In this document: piece after piece, positions 27,101 to 37,673 of the stretch
How the letters are laid out: the number at the start of each line of letters is the position of its first letter
Numbering within the stretch: position 1 is the stretch's first letter
Source: Tubulanus polymorphus
Taxonomy: Eukaryota; Animalia; Nemertea
Assembly (NCBI RefSeq): GCF_964204645.1
Contig: NC_134027.1
Coordinates: 23,832,560 to 23,896,559 of the forward strand
Direction: 5' to 3'
DNA length: 64,000 bases
The notes under the pieces: generated by a model
What the model was told of the DNA's origin: nothing
Databases searched by the model: none
What the model saw: the letters and a program-made list of their open reading frames with translations, nothing else
Translations under genes and position numbers: made by a program

Positions 27101-30100
27101 CTGAGAATATTGCCGAATTTAAACGCACCGTACTAACGAACATTTCCGTGTTGTTTCAGCTATCAGACGAAAACATCGAAATCGATCCTCGACACGATCA
27201 TGAACATCCAGCCGAAGGACAGCGGCGGCGGCGGCGGGGAAACCCGTGAGGTCATCGCGTATCGCATGTGCGACGACATGCTCGACAAGCTGCCGCAGGA
27301 TTACGTGCCGTTCGAAGTTCAAGGTCGCCTGGTGAAAATGGGCGCGTTGCAACCGATGAACATTTTCCTGCGCCAGGAAATCGACCGCATGCAGAAAGTG
27401 TTGACGGCCGTGCGCACGACGTTGACCGATCTGAAACTGGCGATCGACGGTACGATCATCATGAACGAGAATTTGAGAGACGCGCTCGATTGTATGTACG
27501 ACGCTCGCATACCGAAACTGTGGGAGAAGGTGAGTAATCGGCGCAGGGGGGGGGGGGGGTAACTGGGACTGCATCTGAAATTTTGGGCTAATTAAGTATT
27601 TAAGAAACTGGGGTCGTATTTTGCGGCAAGAAGTTCTGGTCATATTAGCAACACTGAGGCTGTATCTGAAACTGGGGCGTATCAAGAATTTCGGGCCTAT
27701 TAAGGATATAAGAAGCTTGGGCTATATGTGGGACATGAAACTGGGGCCACATAATCTAAGGCCGTATCAGAAACTGGGGCCAATTAAGGATATAGGAAAC
27801 TGGGGTCATATTTTTTAGAAGAAAATGAGAAACTGGGGCCGTATCAGAGATTTAGGCCAATTGAGGATATAGGAAACTGGGGTCATTTATGGGACGAGAA
27901 AATGAGGCCATATGAAAATCTGGGGCCACATAAGAAACTAGGCTAAACTATCTTCAAGGGCATAAAATCTATCCAGTTTTGAAGGGCAAATATTTGCTAC
28001 TAGCTTCAATCCTCGGATTGATAGTGGCTGATAGAAAAAATACCGTAGAATTATTCGCAATATGGCTGAGATGAAATACTGATATCGAATTCAGACTATT
28101 TCGTGTTGTATTACATGTACTTGTGTAACACCGCTTGAAAAAATAACACTATGAAATCATGTACTGCATGCAAATGTAATCGAAGTATATTTCATTGATA
28201 CCTATACTTGTATTACAATAAAAACGCCATATGTTAGGATATTCTATATCTGCAAGGGTAGGTAACCTCTTGTTGGGTGCTAATCGAGGATTTTTGGAAG
28301 GGGAGGACGAAAATAATCACATGCCCTAAACTCAGGAGCGCGAGGCAGTATTGGCTGGTGGGTCTGCAGGAACTCCCCCAAAAATTATTGAAAATTTGGA
28401 GCAGGGAAGTAATTTCCCGGCATCTGAGGGCTTAAGCTTTCACTGATACAGTAGCGCCTGATTTCCCTTTGCTTGTCAAAAAATAGGAGCGGTCGGATCC
28501 ACCTTGGCCCTCGGTAGATTGGCGCATGTCTAGGAGGGATATTTAAATCAGGATCATTTTGAGTTCCAGAAACCAAATTTTGCCACTGAATGGTACACCA
28601 GAACATTTCAGGTTTGAGTGTAATCCAAATCAGGCCATTTCGATCAACTGTGAACTCGATTTTGAGAATTTGCGAATGCAAGTGTATAATCATAGCAGCA
28701 ACTAGAACGATATCAGATTTCGCTTTTTCTATCCGGTGTTTAATGCACTTCTGAGAATAGGTGATTCAATTTTGATTGCAATGTAGATGGAATTGAACCA
28801 AGTAACATATACAAGTAGCATATTATTATGCAAATTCAAAGCCTCTACAGGGGCACATCTAGGATATCTTTAAGTGGCAGGGCAACTATACATCTTAGTT
28901 GACACTGTGCAAGCACTGAAATCTGGAGGCGCTTCCCTCGATAATTTTGAAAACGTAGACTTATTTTAGTGGCTTTTGAGGCCATCATTGAAACTATAGA
29001 TGTATTTATAAAAACGTATTTCAAAAATACGGCACCAGGAAAATAGGGCGTTGGGAAAACTTTTAGGGGAGGATGCTCTAATGTAGAATAAGATATAGTA
29101 CAGATAAACTACAGTATAAGTGACCTGTCTAATCCAAGTTGAGAGGGGACGTTGGCCTCTTTTTATTGCGATGGTTTCCGGACAATCAGATGAGCACGAA
29201 TCACATCATTTGACGTATTGTTAAAGCGAGGATAAACATGTGTCATCTGTTTTTCCACGGAATGAAACAATTGAATCGATTCTCATCCCAACTGTTCGCG
29301 CTGCTTTATTACGGTATGGATTTCTTATGCTTACGTTTTTTTTTTACGGTTCGTATTTTCGTAGATATCGTGGGATTCGAGTACGCTCGGATTTTGGTTC
29401 ACCGAACTCATCGAACGCAACTCGCAGTTCAACACGTGGTGCTTCGAGGGGCGGCAGAACACGTTCTGGATGACCGGCTTCTTCAATCCGCAGGGATTCC
29501 TCACCGCGATGAGACAGGTTTGTGCATGCGTGTCTTTTTTTCGGGTTATCAAGGTCGGAAAGCAGATGACGATCTATCGGGTTCAATGCACTGGCTTGCC
29601 TTCATTGAGGCGTCATATGTTATATTATGTCCTCAATTAATAGAAAAAAAAAACAATCAAAAACTCGGTTCTGAATGAAAATACGCACTACGGATTAATA
29701 ATAGAATCCAAAACGTCTTCATTAATCAGTGTTATTTTGATGGATTAGAAATTCTTATTTCTCTTCTAAATGTGTACAAATTCAAAAAGGAGTTTTGATT
29801 TTTGGTGAATAAAAATTGGAATTTATAGAAAATTCAAGTTCGTGGGAGGGTTGACATAGGTGTTCAAATTTCGATTAATTCAAATGAAAAATACAAATTC
29901 ATCAAAGTTCAAAAGACAAGACATTGATGAAAATTTAGTTTTTAATTCTCTGTTACATTTTTACAAATCAAAAATAGGATGGAAAATACAAATTTCTGTT
30001 AATCAAAATTTATGAGACTTACTAGAAAAAGATGAAATTTGTGCTTTGACTTATAGGCTATAAGCGTTAATCAAGTTCACTATATTCCGCTACTAATTCA

Positions 30101-30544
30101 TCAGTAAATTCAGTTGAGTTTGTATCTAAAAAATGCCTACGTTTCGACTAATTGCAGGAAGTGACCCGCGCGCACAAAGGCTGGGCGTTGGACACCGTGG
30201 TCCTGCACAACGACGTCACCCGATACTTGAAAGACGACATCACGCAACCGCCGCAAGAGGGCGTCTACGTCTACGGCTTGTTCCTGGAGGGCGCCGGCTG
30301 GGATCGACGCGGTTGCAAGCTCATCGAGCCGAAGCCGAAGGTGCTGTTCGAACCGTTGCCCGTCATTCACATCTACGCGATCAACAGCACGGGCGGCGCG
30401 GACCCGCGCATGTACCTGTGCCCGATTTACAAAAAGCCGCGACGAACCGATCTGACGTACATCGCCGCCGTCGAGCTGAAAACCAATCAGATTCCGGATC
30501 ATTGGGTTTTGCGCGGCGTCGCGTTACTCTGCGATATCAAATAA
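1..30544 (+). CDS. DNAH5: Axonemal outer-arm dynein heavy chain, gamma type (DNAH5/DNAH8 family); 5'-truncated multi-exon gene, AAA2 to stop codon
   Basis: Spliced translation shows AAA2 ([18 protein letters not shown]), AAA3 Walker [12 protein letters not shown]4 Walker [10 protein letters not shown], stalk/MTBD, AAA5, AAA6 and the C-terminus [14 protein letters not shown], typical of DNAH5/8. All introns are GT-AG with compatible phases. Symbol is family-level: likely co-orthologue of vertebrate DNAH5 and DNAH8. Confidence 0.93.
610..851 (+). CDS. DNAH5: Dynein HC exon (AAA2)
   Basis: [25 protein letters not shown]...WKPILQ; cag/gtac. Confidence 0.92.
1290..1674 (+). CDS. DNAH5: Dynein HC exon
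   Basis: GWLNNRQ...FDFMINND; cag/gtcagt. Confidence 0.9.
1824..1960. mobile_element. MITE family 1 copy nested in a TTAA-MITE
   Basis: GGGCCAGTTGCACAGTC...GACTATGCGACCGGCCC flanked by CAG and CTG. Confidence 0.8.
2401..2678 (+). CDS. DNAH5: Dynein HC exon (AAA3 Walker A)
   Basis: DWQHW...GEQGTAKT...TTPLMFQ; cag/gtacgg. Confidence 0.92.
2771..3043. repeat. Intronic minisatellite, 56-bp unit, about 5 copies
   Basis: ACAGAAATATGAAAGATGTTGCTGAGGGTCTTACTGTTGGATATTGATTAATTTCA at 56-bp spacing. Confidence 0.95.
3202..3417 (+). CDS. DNAH5: Dynein HC exon (AAA3 Walker B)
   Basis: [12 protein letters not shown]...VFIDDINMP...VDIQ; cag/gtatga. Confidence 0.92.
3978..4208 (+). CDS. DNAH5: Dynein HC exon (AAA3)
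   Basis: [23 protein letters not shown]...LWQLTK; cag/gtattt. Confidence 0.92.
4754..4917 (+). CDS. DNAH5: Dynein HC exon (AAA3 lid)
   Basis: [25 protein letters not shown]...RVIAD(R); tag/gtaagt, ends phase 2. Confidence 0.92.
5853..5975 (+). CDS. DNAH5: Dynein HC alternative exon A (candidate mutually exclusive)
   Basis: (R)[40 protein letters not shown](R); 123 nt, phase 2-2, tag/gtaaaa. Confidence 0.88.
7551..7673 (+). CDS. DNAH5: Dynein HC alternative exon B (candidate mutually exclusive)
   Basis: (R)[40 protein letters not shown](R); 123 nt, phase 2-2, cag/gtatcg, CTAAC branch-like motif at 7517-7521; absent from the ORF track. Confidence 0.85.
8202..8271 (+). CDS. DNAH5: Dynein HC exon (AAA3-AAA4 linker)
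   Basis: [23 protein letters not shown]; tag/gtaagt. Confidence 0.9.
8690..8827. mobile_element. MITE family 1 (PIF/Harbinger-like, CWG target)
   Basis: TIRs GGGCCAGTTGCATAGTCATGGCTTAG...CTAAGCCATGACTGTGCAACTGGCCC flanked by CTG on both sides; related copies near 936, 1824, 15923, 23494, 50788, 50929. Confidence 0.85.
9005..9258 (+). CDS. DNAH5: Dynein HC exon (AAA4 Walker A)
   Basis: MDLVFF...[11 protein letters not shown]...QITLT; cag/gtacgt. Confidence 0.92.
10550..10703 (+). CDS. DNAH5: Dynein HC exon (AAA4)
   Basis: [12 protein letters not shown]...[25 protein letters not shown]; cag/gtaagt. Confidence 0.92.
11196..11360 (+). CDS. DNAH5: Dynein HC exon (AAA4)
   Basis: VSNLFQRDE...[10 protein letters not shown]; aag/gtacgt. 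Confidence 0.9.
11410..12408. repeat. Intronic higher-order tandem repeat, 165-bp unit built of four related ~40-bp subunits, about 6 copies
   Basis: ACCGTGAAG recurs at 11441, 11606 and onward every 165 bp; subunits share GGTAGAACC...GAGATATCT. Confidence 0.95.
12871..13097 (+). CDS. DNAH5: Dynein HC exon (AAA4)
   Basis: [32 protein letters not shown]...; cag/gtaaaa. Confidence 0.92.
13939..14057 (+). CDS. DNAH5: Dynein HC exon
   Basis: [20 protein letters not shown]...ERMNT; cag/gtatgg. Confidence 0.92.
14401..14849 (+). CDS. DNAH5: Dynein HC exon (stalk CC1 / MTBD)
   Basis: [11 protein letters not shown]...[13 protein letters not shown]...SWSESLK; cag/gtcggt. Confidence 0.92.
15519..15734 (+). 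CDS. DNAH5: Dynein HC exon (MTBD)
   Basis: [11 protein letters not shown]...GLCSWTKAM...EVLPLK; cag/gtaggg. Confidence 0.92.
16289..16554 (+). CDS. DNAH5: Dynein HC exon (stalk CC2)
   Basis: [10 protein letters not shown]...[16 protein letters not shown]...; cag/gttagt. Confidence 0.92.
17022..17190 (+). CDS. DNAH5: Dynein HC exon
   Basis: [23 protein letters not shown]...DPTT; tag/gtaagt. Confidence 0.92.
17309..17464 (+). CDS. DNAH5: Dynein HC exon (AAA5)
   Basis: [19 protein letters not shown]...[11 protein letters not shown]; tag/gtaaga. Confidence 0.92.
17874..18029 (+). CDS. DNAH5: Dynein HC exon (AAA5)
   Basis: [41 protein letters not shown]; cag/gtacgt. Confidence 0.92.
18884..19066 (+). 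CDS. DNAH5: Dynein HC exon (AAA5)
   Basis: VKVGDKEVD...TTKLPNP...GLEDQLLG; cag/gtaagt. Confidence 0.92.
19680..19784 (+). CDS. DNAH5: Dynein HC exon (buttress/strut)
   Basis: ELESERVKL...[13 protein letters not shown]; cag/gtaggc. Confidence 0.92.
19901..20154 (+). CDS. DNAH5: Dynein HC exon
   Basis: [10 protein letters not shown]...[16 protein letters not shown]...; cag/gtaaga. Confidence 0.92.
20308..20569. mobile_element. piggyBac-like MITE (TTAA target)
   Basis: TTAA-CCCTTTCGGTGC...GCACTGAAAGGG-TTAA; related copies near 1788, 8407, 15150, 59642, 61959. Confidence 0.85.
20745..20935 (+). CDS. DNAH5: Dynein HC exon
   Basis: [15 protein letters not shown]...RGLYEEDK...FVK; cag/gtaaaa. 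Confidence 0.92.
21384..21505 (+). CDS. DNAH5: Dynein HC exon
   Basis: GASLDLN...[15 protein letters not shown]...ILDQ; cag/gtaccg. Confidence 0.92.
21975..22296 (+). CDS. DNAH5: Dynein HC exon (AAA6 start)
   Basis: [18 protein letters not shown]...RSWCPDR...LSMGSDPT; cag/gtacgt. Confidence 0.92.
22340..22810 (+). repeat. 37-39-bp minisatellite
   Basis: AACTGTGGAACTGGATCCAGAGTCAAATTAAACCCACAC-type units. Confidence 0.9.
23200..23426 (+). CDS. DNAH5: Dynein HC exon (AAA6)
   Basis: ISMGQGQ...WVLLQNCHL...FRLWVTTE...FLQ; tag/gtactt. Confidence 0.92.
25601..25873 (+). CDS. DNAH5: Dynein HC exon (AAA6)
   Basis: [12 protein letters not shown]...[17 protein letters not shown]...; cag/gttcgt. Confidence 0.92.
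25915..26262 (+). repeat. 39-bp minisatellite
   Basis: Same unit; produces the spurious 13-aa repeat [13 protein letters not shown] in the ORF track. Confidence 0.93.
26378..26640 (+). CDS. DNAH5: Dynein HC exon (AAA6 lid)
   Basis: [25 protein letters not shown]...FGLHPNADI; tag/gtaagt. Confidence 0.92.
26810..26970 (+). repeat. 39-bp minisatellite, short degenerate array
   Basis: Same unit family. Confidence 0.8.
27160..27529 (+). CDS. DNAH5: Dynein HC exon (C-terminal domain)
   Basis: YQTK...[15 protein letters not shown]...[10 protein letters not shown]...PKLWEK; cag/gtgagt. Confidence 0.92.
27550..27945. repeat. Degenerate tandem repeat built on GAAACTGGGG
   Basis: Repeated GAAACTGGGGCC/GTCATA and TTAAGGATATAGG motifs. 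Confidence 0.7.
29365..29517 (+). CDS. DNAH5: Dynein HC exon (C-terminal domain)
   Basis: [15 protein letters not shown]...[18 protein letters not shown]; tag/gtttgt. Confidence 0.92.
30158..30544 (+). CDS. DNAH5: Dynein HC last coding exon
   Basis: [12 protein letters not shown]...[10 protein letters not shown]...[14 protein letters not shown] then TAA. Confidence 0.93.
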   Translation, partial: EVTRAHKGWALDTVVLHNDVTRYLKDDITQPPQEGVYVYGLFLEGAGWDRRGCKLIEPKPKVLFEPLPVIHIYAINSTGGADPRMYLCPIYKKPRRTDLTYIAAVELKTNQIPDHWVLRGVALLCDIK

Positions 30545-32819
30545 TCTGTGTATCGTTCATTTGTTACTTCGTATACTTCATATACAGCAGACCTTCCTAT
30601 TTATGTTAAGTTTTCCACTCCTTTTCGAAGCTTTATCAACTTAATCAAAATTGTCAAAAAATTGACAATAAGGCACTAAAAATATCTGCGGCCGGTCGCT
30701 CGAAATTACGCGTTACTATGCTTATCTGTTTATGCTTGGTCTCTTTAACTGCCGGGTATCTTTAACCAACTTTTGAGGAACTGCAGCTACTGGCCTGTAT
30801 TTCTTCCATAGTCTATGCGATGAAATGAGATCTTTTTATACCAATGGATATTTTTCGATCAGGATCGTTTGAAATCAATCTCGTTTACGCGAAATTCAGA
30901 TCACGGCAAAATCATCTTTTTATCTCTAACATGAGCTGAATGGACCGTAAATTTGGACCTGTTTAGTACTGAATAGACCGTAAATTTGGATTCAGCTGTA
31001 CGAATCTAATCAGTTATGAGTGAAATCTCCTGATTGAAAAAGAAACTAATTAGATTAGATACATGGTATGTACTATTCAATCTAACTCAGAATTCCCGAA
31101 CTGGACCATGGTCTGTACATGTAACACATTACATACACATCTCAGTCAAAATGATGTTTTACATCGGGACGCGCTGTCATTTTAATTACAATATTCATGA
31201 AGTCACTTTGTTGTTCCATGATAGCTGTGATAATATTTAGATTGCGAAAAACATGCTTTTGTGTTTACCAACGTTTGCCAACTCTGGGCCCCTTACACAC
31301 TTATCTATTTGTATTCTATCCAAACAAATAATTTTTTCGTCTGCTTTTCCGAACTTATTTGCACAGTAAAAAGTAATTATATCAGGTCTTTCGCCGCCGA
31401 AAGCCAAATATTTGTTATTAGTAATTTTTTCATGTCTATTAATGAATTAATGCAGGTATCAGTGTCTGGACCTCACACCCCTTTACATCATGCAAACTTT
31501 CAGAGCTGCCAACTGTTCCTGATGTTCGGTATTTGTTGCTATTTCGTAATGAGAAATTTGATGCGCTCAGAAATAAGTCATCATCCACGCTTCACGTGTT
31601 AAGAACTTTACCCAAGACCAGTTTTGATTGAAAATAAACTAATTGACCTAAAAACACTTGATGCACGTTGAAAAAAGACATCACCCACGCTTCACGTGTG
31701 TTCAGAACTTCCCCTCGAGATGTTTTGAATTGGAAATGAACTTTTTGAACCATCAACACCAGATGTACTTTAAAAAAATGATCAATTTTAATCGAAAATT
31801 GACTACAAACATAATTACTAATATTATAACAGTCATCACCTATTTTATGAACACATCTCTACTTACTACAGGGGTGAATGTCTTAAGAGGGGTGTGAGGT
31901 TCCAGGCTGCTGTGTATTCTTACCTGAATCATACTCATAGTTCCAGTCGGTTCAGTTTTTTTTGTTTACTTCACATACATGTACATATTCAACTAATACA
32001 TTTTCGATTCCGTCCAGGTCTGCGCGAAATTGTTATTTTTTTGTCAGACTATATTGTTTATATAAGAAACGTGTTTTTGCAGATGATATAATATTGTAGA
32101 TTTTTCATTCATTATTTGCTGAAAATGTTCCGTCCGCTCTGGAGAGCCACTGATCATGCGATACTGTTGATTACATATACAATGTATGTTCAGTTTTCAA
32201 TTAATTCGTATTTGTCAAAGCCTAGCTCGTTTCTGTGATAACAGTTGTACAATTTAAACAAGAGATATCCGGATAAACTGTATGATCATCATATCACTTT
32301 CCAGTTGTTAGTTTTTCTGGTAATGTTCTGGGTGCCTATGCAGATGAGGAACCACGAGGCGGGAGAAAGTGGTTGAAATGTGAAAAGAGTCCTCGTAGTT
32401 TGATTCCATATATCTATATAAGCCTACCATTTAGTGAATCAAAAGTTTATTGCTTGGAATGCCCTCAGATGCAAGGAAAAGGACAAAACATCATATGCCG
32501 TGAAAATGCTGTAATCGATGCGAGGTCACTTGGAGCTACGAGCAATCATGATTGAGATGATTGCTTGTAGCAATCATGGTTGAGATGATTGCTCGTAGCT
32601 TGGAGCTATTTGAATATTCATCCAGTTCATGAGGATTGAAATCATTATCTTCGTAGTGACTGGATTTAAGATCAAAATTAAGATCCAGACTAAGAGGTTT
32701 GATGATGAATGATGGATACCTATGTGCACTGATTGGAGCTCTGGAAGTGCAATAAGTCGCTAGATCCTTGTAGCATGGACGTATAAACTAGTTTATGTGT
32801 GTGAATGCTTATAGTAAGA

Positions 32820-35800
32820 GATTCCTCTTTAGCTCATTGGGAGAGCTCAGATTGGGTGCAATAGGTCTCTGTCAGTCTTCCTACAGTCTTATAGAACAGT
32901 GATTCCTTTTTAGCTCAGTGGGGGAGCTCAGATTGGGTGCAATAGGTCTCTATCAGTCATCCTACAGTCTTATAGAACAGTGATTCCTCTTTAGCTCAGT
33001 GGGGGAGCTTAGATTGGGTGCAATAGGTCTATCAAGTCATCCCACAGTCTTATAGAACAGTGATTCCTCTTTAGCTCAGTGGGGGAGCTCAGATTTGGTG
33101 CAATAGGTCTCTATCAGTCATCCTACAGTCTTATAGAACAGGGATTCCTCTTTAGCTCAGTGGGAGAGCTCAGATTTGGTGCAATAGGTCTATGGAGTCA
33201 TCCTACAGTCTTATAGAACAGCGATTCCTCTTTAGCTCAGTGGGGGCCTCAGATTGGGTGCAATAGGTCTATCAGTCATCCTACAGTCTTATAGAACAGC
33301 GATTCCTCTTTAGCTCAGTGGGGGCCTCAGATTGGGTGCAATAGGTCTATCAGTCATCCTACAGTCTTATAGAACAGTGATTCCTCTTTAGCTCAGTGGG
33401 AGAGCTCAGATTTGGTGCAATAGGTCTATCGAGTCATCCTACAGTCTTATAGAACAGAGATTCCTCTTTAGCTCAGTGGGAGAGCTCAGATTTGGTGCAA
33501 TAGGTCTATCGAGTCATCCTACAGTCTTATAGAACAGTGATTCCTCTTTAGCTCAGTGGGGGAGCTCAGATTGGGTGCAATAGGTCTCTATCAGTCATCC
33601 TACAGTCTTATAGAACAGTGATTCCTCTTTAGCTCAGTGGGGGAGCTTAGATTGGGTGCAATAGGTCTATCAAGTCATCCCACAGTCTTATAGAACAGTG
33701 ATTCCTCTTTAGCTCAGTGGGGGAGCTCAGATTTGGTGCAATAGGTCTCTATCAGTCATCCTACAGTCTTATAGAACAGGGATTCCTCTTTAGCTCAGTG
33801 GGAGAGCTCAGATTTGGTGCAATAGGTCTATGGAGTCATCCTACAGTCTTATAGAACAGCGATTCCTCTTTAGCTCAGTGGGGGCCTCAGATTGGGTGCA
33901 ATAGGTCTATCAGTCATCCTACAGTCTTATAGAACAGCGATTCCTCTTTAGCTCAGTGGGGGCCTCAGATTGGGTGCAATAGGTCTATCAGTCATCCTAC
34001 AGTCTTATAGAACAGTGATTCCTCTTTAGCTCAGTGGGAGAGCTCAGATTTGGTGCAATAGGTCTATCGAGTCATCCTACAGTCTTATAGAACAGAGATT
34101 CCTCTTTAGCTCAGTGGGAGAGCTCAGATTTGGTGCAATAGGTCTATCGAGTCATCCTACAGTCTTATAGAACAGTGATTCCTCTTTAGCTCAGTGGGGG
34201 AGCTCAGATTGGGTGCAATAGGTCTATCAGTCATCCTACAGTATTATAGAACAGTGATTCCTCTTTAGCTCAGTGGGGGAGCTTAGATTGGGTGCAATAG
34301 GTCTATCAAGTCATCCTACAGTCTTATAGAACAGTGATTCCTCTTTAGCTCAGTGGGGAGCTCAGATTGGGTGCAATAGGTCTATCGAGTCATCCTACAG
34401 TCTTATAGAACAGGGATTCCTCTTTAGCTCATTGGGAGAGCTCAGATTGGGTGCAATAGGTCTATCAGTCATCCTACAGTATTATAGAACAGTGATTCCT
34501 CTTTAGCTCAGTGGGAGAGCTCAGATTGGGTGCAATAGGTCTATCAGTCATCCTACAGTCTTATAGAACAGTGATTCCTCTTTAGCTCAGTGGGGGAGCT
34601 TAGATTGGGTGCAATAGGTCTCTATCAGTCATCCTACAGTCTTATAGAACAGGGATTCCTCTTTAGCTCAGTGGGAGAGCTTAGATTGGGTGCAATAGGT
34701 CTATCGAGTCATCCTACAGTCTTATAGAACAGGGATTCCTCTTTAGCTCAGTGGGAGAGCTCAGATTGGGTGCAATAGGTCTATCGAGTCATCCTACAGT
34801 CTCATAGAACAGTGATTCCTCTTTAGCTCAGTGGGAGAGCTCAGATTGGGTGCAATAGGTCTCTATCAGTCACCCTCGTGTCTTATAGAACAGTGATTCC
34901 TCTTTAGCTCAGTGGGAGAGCTCAGATTGGGTGCAATAGGTCTATCGAGTCATCCTACAGTCTTATAGAACAGGGATTCCTCTTTAGCTCAGTGGGAGAG
35001 CTCAGATTTGGTGCAATAGGTCTATCGAGTCATCCTACAGTCTTATAGAACAGTGATTCCTCTTTAGCTCAGTGGGAGAGCTCAGATTGGGTGCAATAGG
35101 TCTATCGAGTCATCCTACAGTCTTATAGAACAGTGATTCCTCTTTAGCTCAGTGGGGGAGCTCAGATTGGGTGCAATGTCTCCATCAGTCATCCTACAGT
35201 CTTATAGAACAGTGATTCCTCTTTAGCTCAGTGGGAGAGCTCAGATTGGGTGCAATAGGTCTATCGAGTCATCCTACAGTCTTATAGAACAGGGATTCCT
35301 CTTTAGCTCAGTGGGAGAGCTCAGATTGGGTGCAATAGGTCTATCGAGTCATCCTACAGTCTCATAGAACAGTGATTCCTCTTTAGCTCAGTGGGAGAGC
35401 TCAGATTGGGTGCAATAGGTCTCTATCAGTCACCCTCGTGTCTTATAGAACAGTGATTCCTCTTTAGCTCAGTGGGAGAGCTCAGATTGGGTGCAATAGG
35501 TCTATCGAGTCATCCTACAGTCTTATAGAACAGGGATTCCTCTTTAGCTCAGTGGGAGAGCTCAGATTTGGTGCAATAGGTCTATCGAGTCATCCTACAG
35601 TCTTATAGAACAGTGATTCCTCTTTAGCTCAGTGGGAGAGCTCAGATTGGGTGCAATAGGTCTATCGAGTCATCCTACAGTCTTATAGAACAGTGATTCC
35701 TCTTTAGCTCAGTGGGGGAGCTCAGATTGGGTGCAATGTCTCCATCAGTCATCCTACAGTCTTATAGAACAGTGATTCCTCTTTAGCTCAGTGGGAGAGC

Positions 35801-35941
35801 TCAGATTGGGTGCAATAGGTCTATCGAGTCATCCTACAGTCTTATAGAACAGTGATTCCTCTTTAGCTCAGTGGGGGAGCTCAGATTGGGTGCAATGTCT
35901 CCATCAGTCATCCTACAGTCTTATAGAACAGTGATTCCTCT
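32820..35941. repeat. Tandem satellite, 80-bp monomer, about 39 copies
   Basis: Monomer GATTCCTCTTTAGCTCAGTGGGAGAGCTCAGATTGGGTGCAATAGGTCTATCGAGTCATCCTACAGTCTTATAGAACAGT repeated head-to-tail, with degenerate flanking monomers. Confidence 0.97.
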
Positions 35942-36112
35942 TACCGGGGCTCTAAACCGGGTTCACAAGGATCTATTAGCCATCCTAAATGCTATGGTAT
36001 AAGTAATACCTCTTAAGTTCGGCAAACTCAGAAGTAACTGCTATTACATATTTCGAAACAAATAATACGAATAACCACGACGTAACAGAGAAATAATTAT
36101 TGCTATACCAAT

Positions 36113-36123
36113 TTTATTTTATT
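36113..36123 (-). promoter_or_regulatory. Candidate distal polyadenylation signal of FoxP (two overlapping AATAAA on minus strand)
   Basis: Plus-strand TTTATTTTATT just before the satellite boundary; other AATAAA hexamers lie closer to the stop, so usage is uncertain. Confidence 0.3.
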
Positions 36124-36511
36124 CTTTAATTTACTTACAAGTTCTATTTCATGGATATGTACGTAATGTATGTAGTAATGGAGGAGACGGTTCTATACAA
36201 CTAATGTTATTTCGAATATGAGATAATAATGTTTGTTTGGTCCACTACACACAAAGTAATAATGATAATCAATAATTAATAATTAATAATAATCAATTTA
36301 CAGTTACTCGGACATACACACGAACACGCAGAAGACCCTCTCGTTATTAACGGAGAGCGACAACGGATTATTACAATTGTTACAAAATAAATGAAATTCA
36401 TACATACTAATAACTTACTACGATGGGAGAATTCAAATTTAGAACGTTTTCTCGTCGATGCTCTTCGCGACAAATTCACCCGCATGAAAAATGATTCTAC
36501 ATTCAACATTC

Positions 36512-36740
36512 CAGGCGCAGATCCAGGTTTTTTCCAGGAGGGGGTTCATAAAGAATGTTCAACCGCCGACTAAAATCTCTGAAAGGGGGCCTATACGGCA
36601 TATTGTTTGGCCAAACATAAGATGATATGGTAACAATTATGTAGTACCATTCACCCGCTTTGTCTTGAGTACATTCCTTCAAGATAAAGATATAAAATTT
36701 TGTTACGACCCCTGAACTCCCTCCCCTGGATCCGCGCCTG
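36512..36740. mobile_element. MITE with CAGGCGCAGATCCAGG termini
   Basis: CAGGCGCAGATCCAGG...CCTGGATCCGCGCCTG inverted ends; no clear target duplication. Confidence 0.7.
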
Positions 36741-37545
36741 CATACTAGAGTCCTACATATTCAGAATGGCAATTGGTATTATGCTCATAATGTTTACACC
36801 TCCGGGTTGCTGGTTCAAATTTTGATTAAGCTAACCGTTTTGTAAGTTAAGTTAACCACGGTGTCCTGTTCCATGAAAAAGCTGAACTCCAATCAAGGAC
36901 GGGGTTCCTTTTACTGGAAGACCAGTAACAGGGTATGGTCAATTCAATTGGAGAGCTCTGACAATTCTTCATTTAGTCAGTTTCGTCATGAATTGACTTT
37001 CAGGACGTGATCCTTTTAGAAACTGGACCCTCGTGGTCACTGTCAATCAATAACTTTTCTAATTCATGAACTTTTGACCCAAGGCCTGGTTTCATAGACT
37101 GAGAGTATCAAGGTATCCCTAAGGGTAAATCTTCAATCTGGGTGACAAAAACCATAGTAATAACGAGAAACCATGGTTATAACCCGACAAATTTTAAAAT
37201 GTTCCCGAGGAAACCCACCTCAAAGGTTCAGAATTCAATCAACTTTCAAGCAACCAGTCCCTGGTTCGAAAAACCCGGAAATGTACGCACAAAACCCGAG
37301 GATCTAGTACCACAGCAGTTTTCTAATATTCGATTCAACGTGTCGTATATATGCTTCATTATGAAGCCATGATTTTTTACTTGTTTTACCAAAAAATAAA
37401 TACACTCTACAAAATCGTAGAAAAACTCGAATACCTTTCGCAGATATCAAACCTATCATATAGGATCATTTTTCGTAATAAATTAGAAATTCGAAGCAGC
37501 GAATTTGCTTGTACCAACTTTAAATTTCAAATACAAAACAGTCAG

Positions 37546-37673
37546 GGGCCAGTTGCCCAAAAGTTGGTTATAGTAAACCAGTGGATAGTTGACTTAGTAA
37601 CAATTAAAAGTTCATTGTCACTAATGGTACTTATCCGCTGGTTATCTTTAACCAACCTTTGGGCAACTGGTCC
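37546..37673. mobile_element. Short MITE with family-1-like termini and a different interior
   Basis: GGGCCAGTTGCCCAAAAGTTGGTTA...TAACCAACCTTTGGGCAACTGGTCC; relative near 59045-59165. Confidence 0.75.

Noticed and set aside
32820-35941. CRISPR array or tRNA gene cluster
   Set aside because: Monomers abut with no unique spacers, the context is eukaryotic, and the anticodon/T arms do not fold into a cloverleaf.
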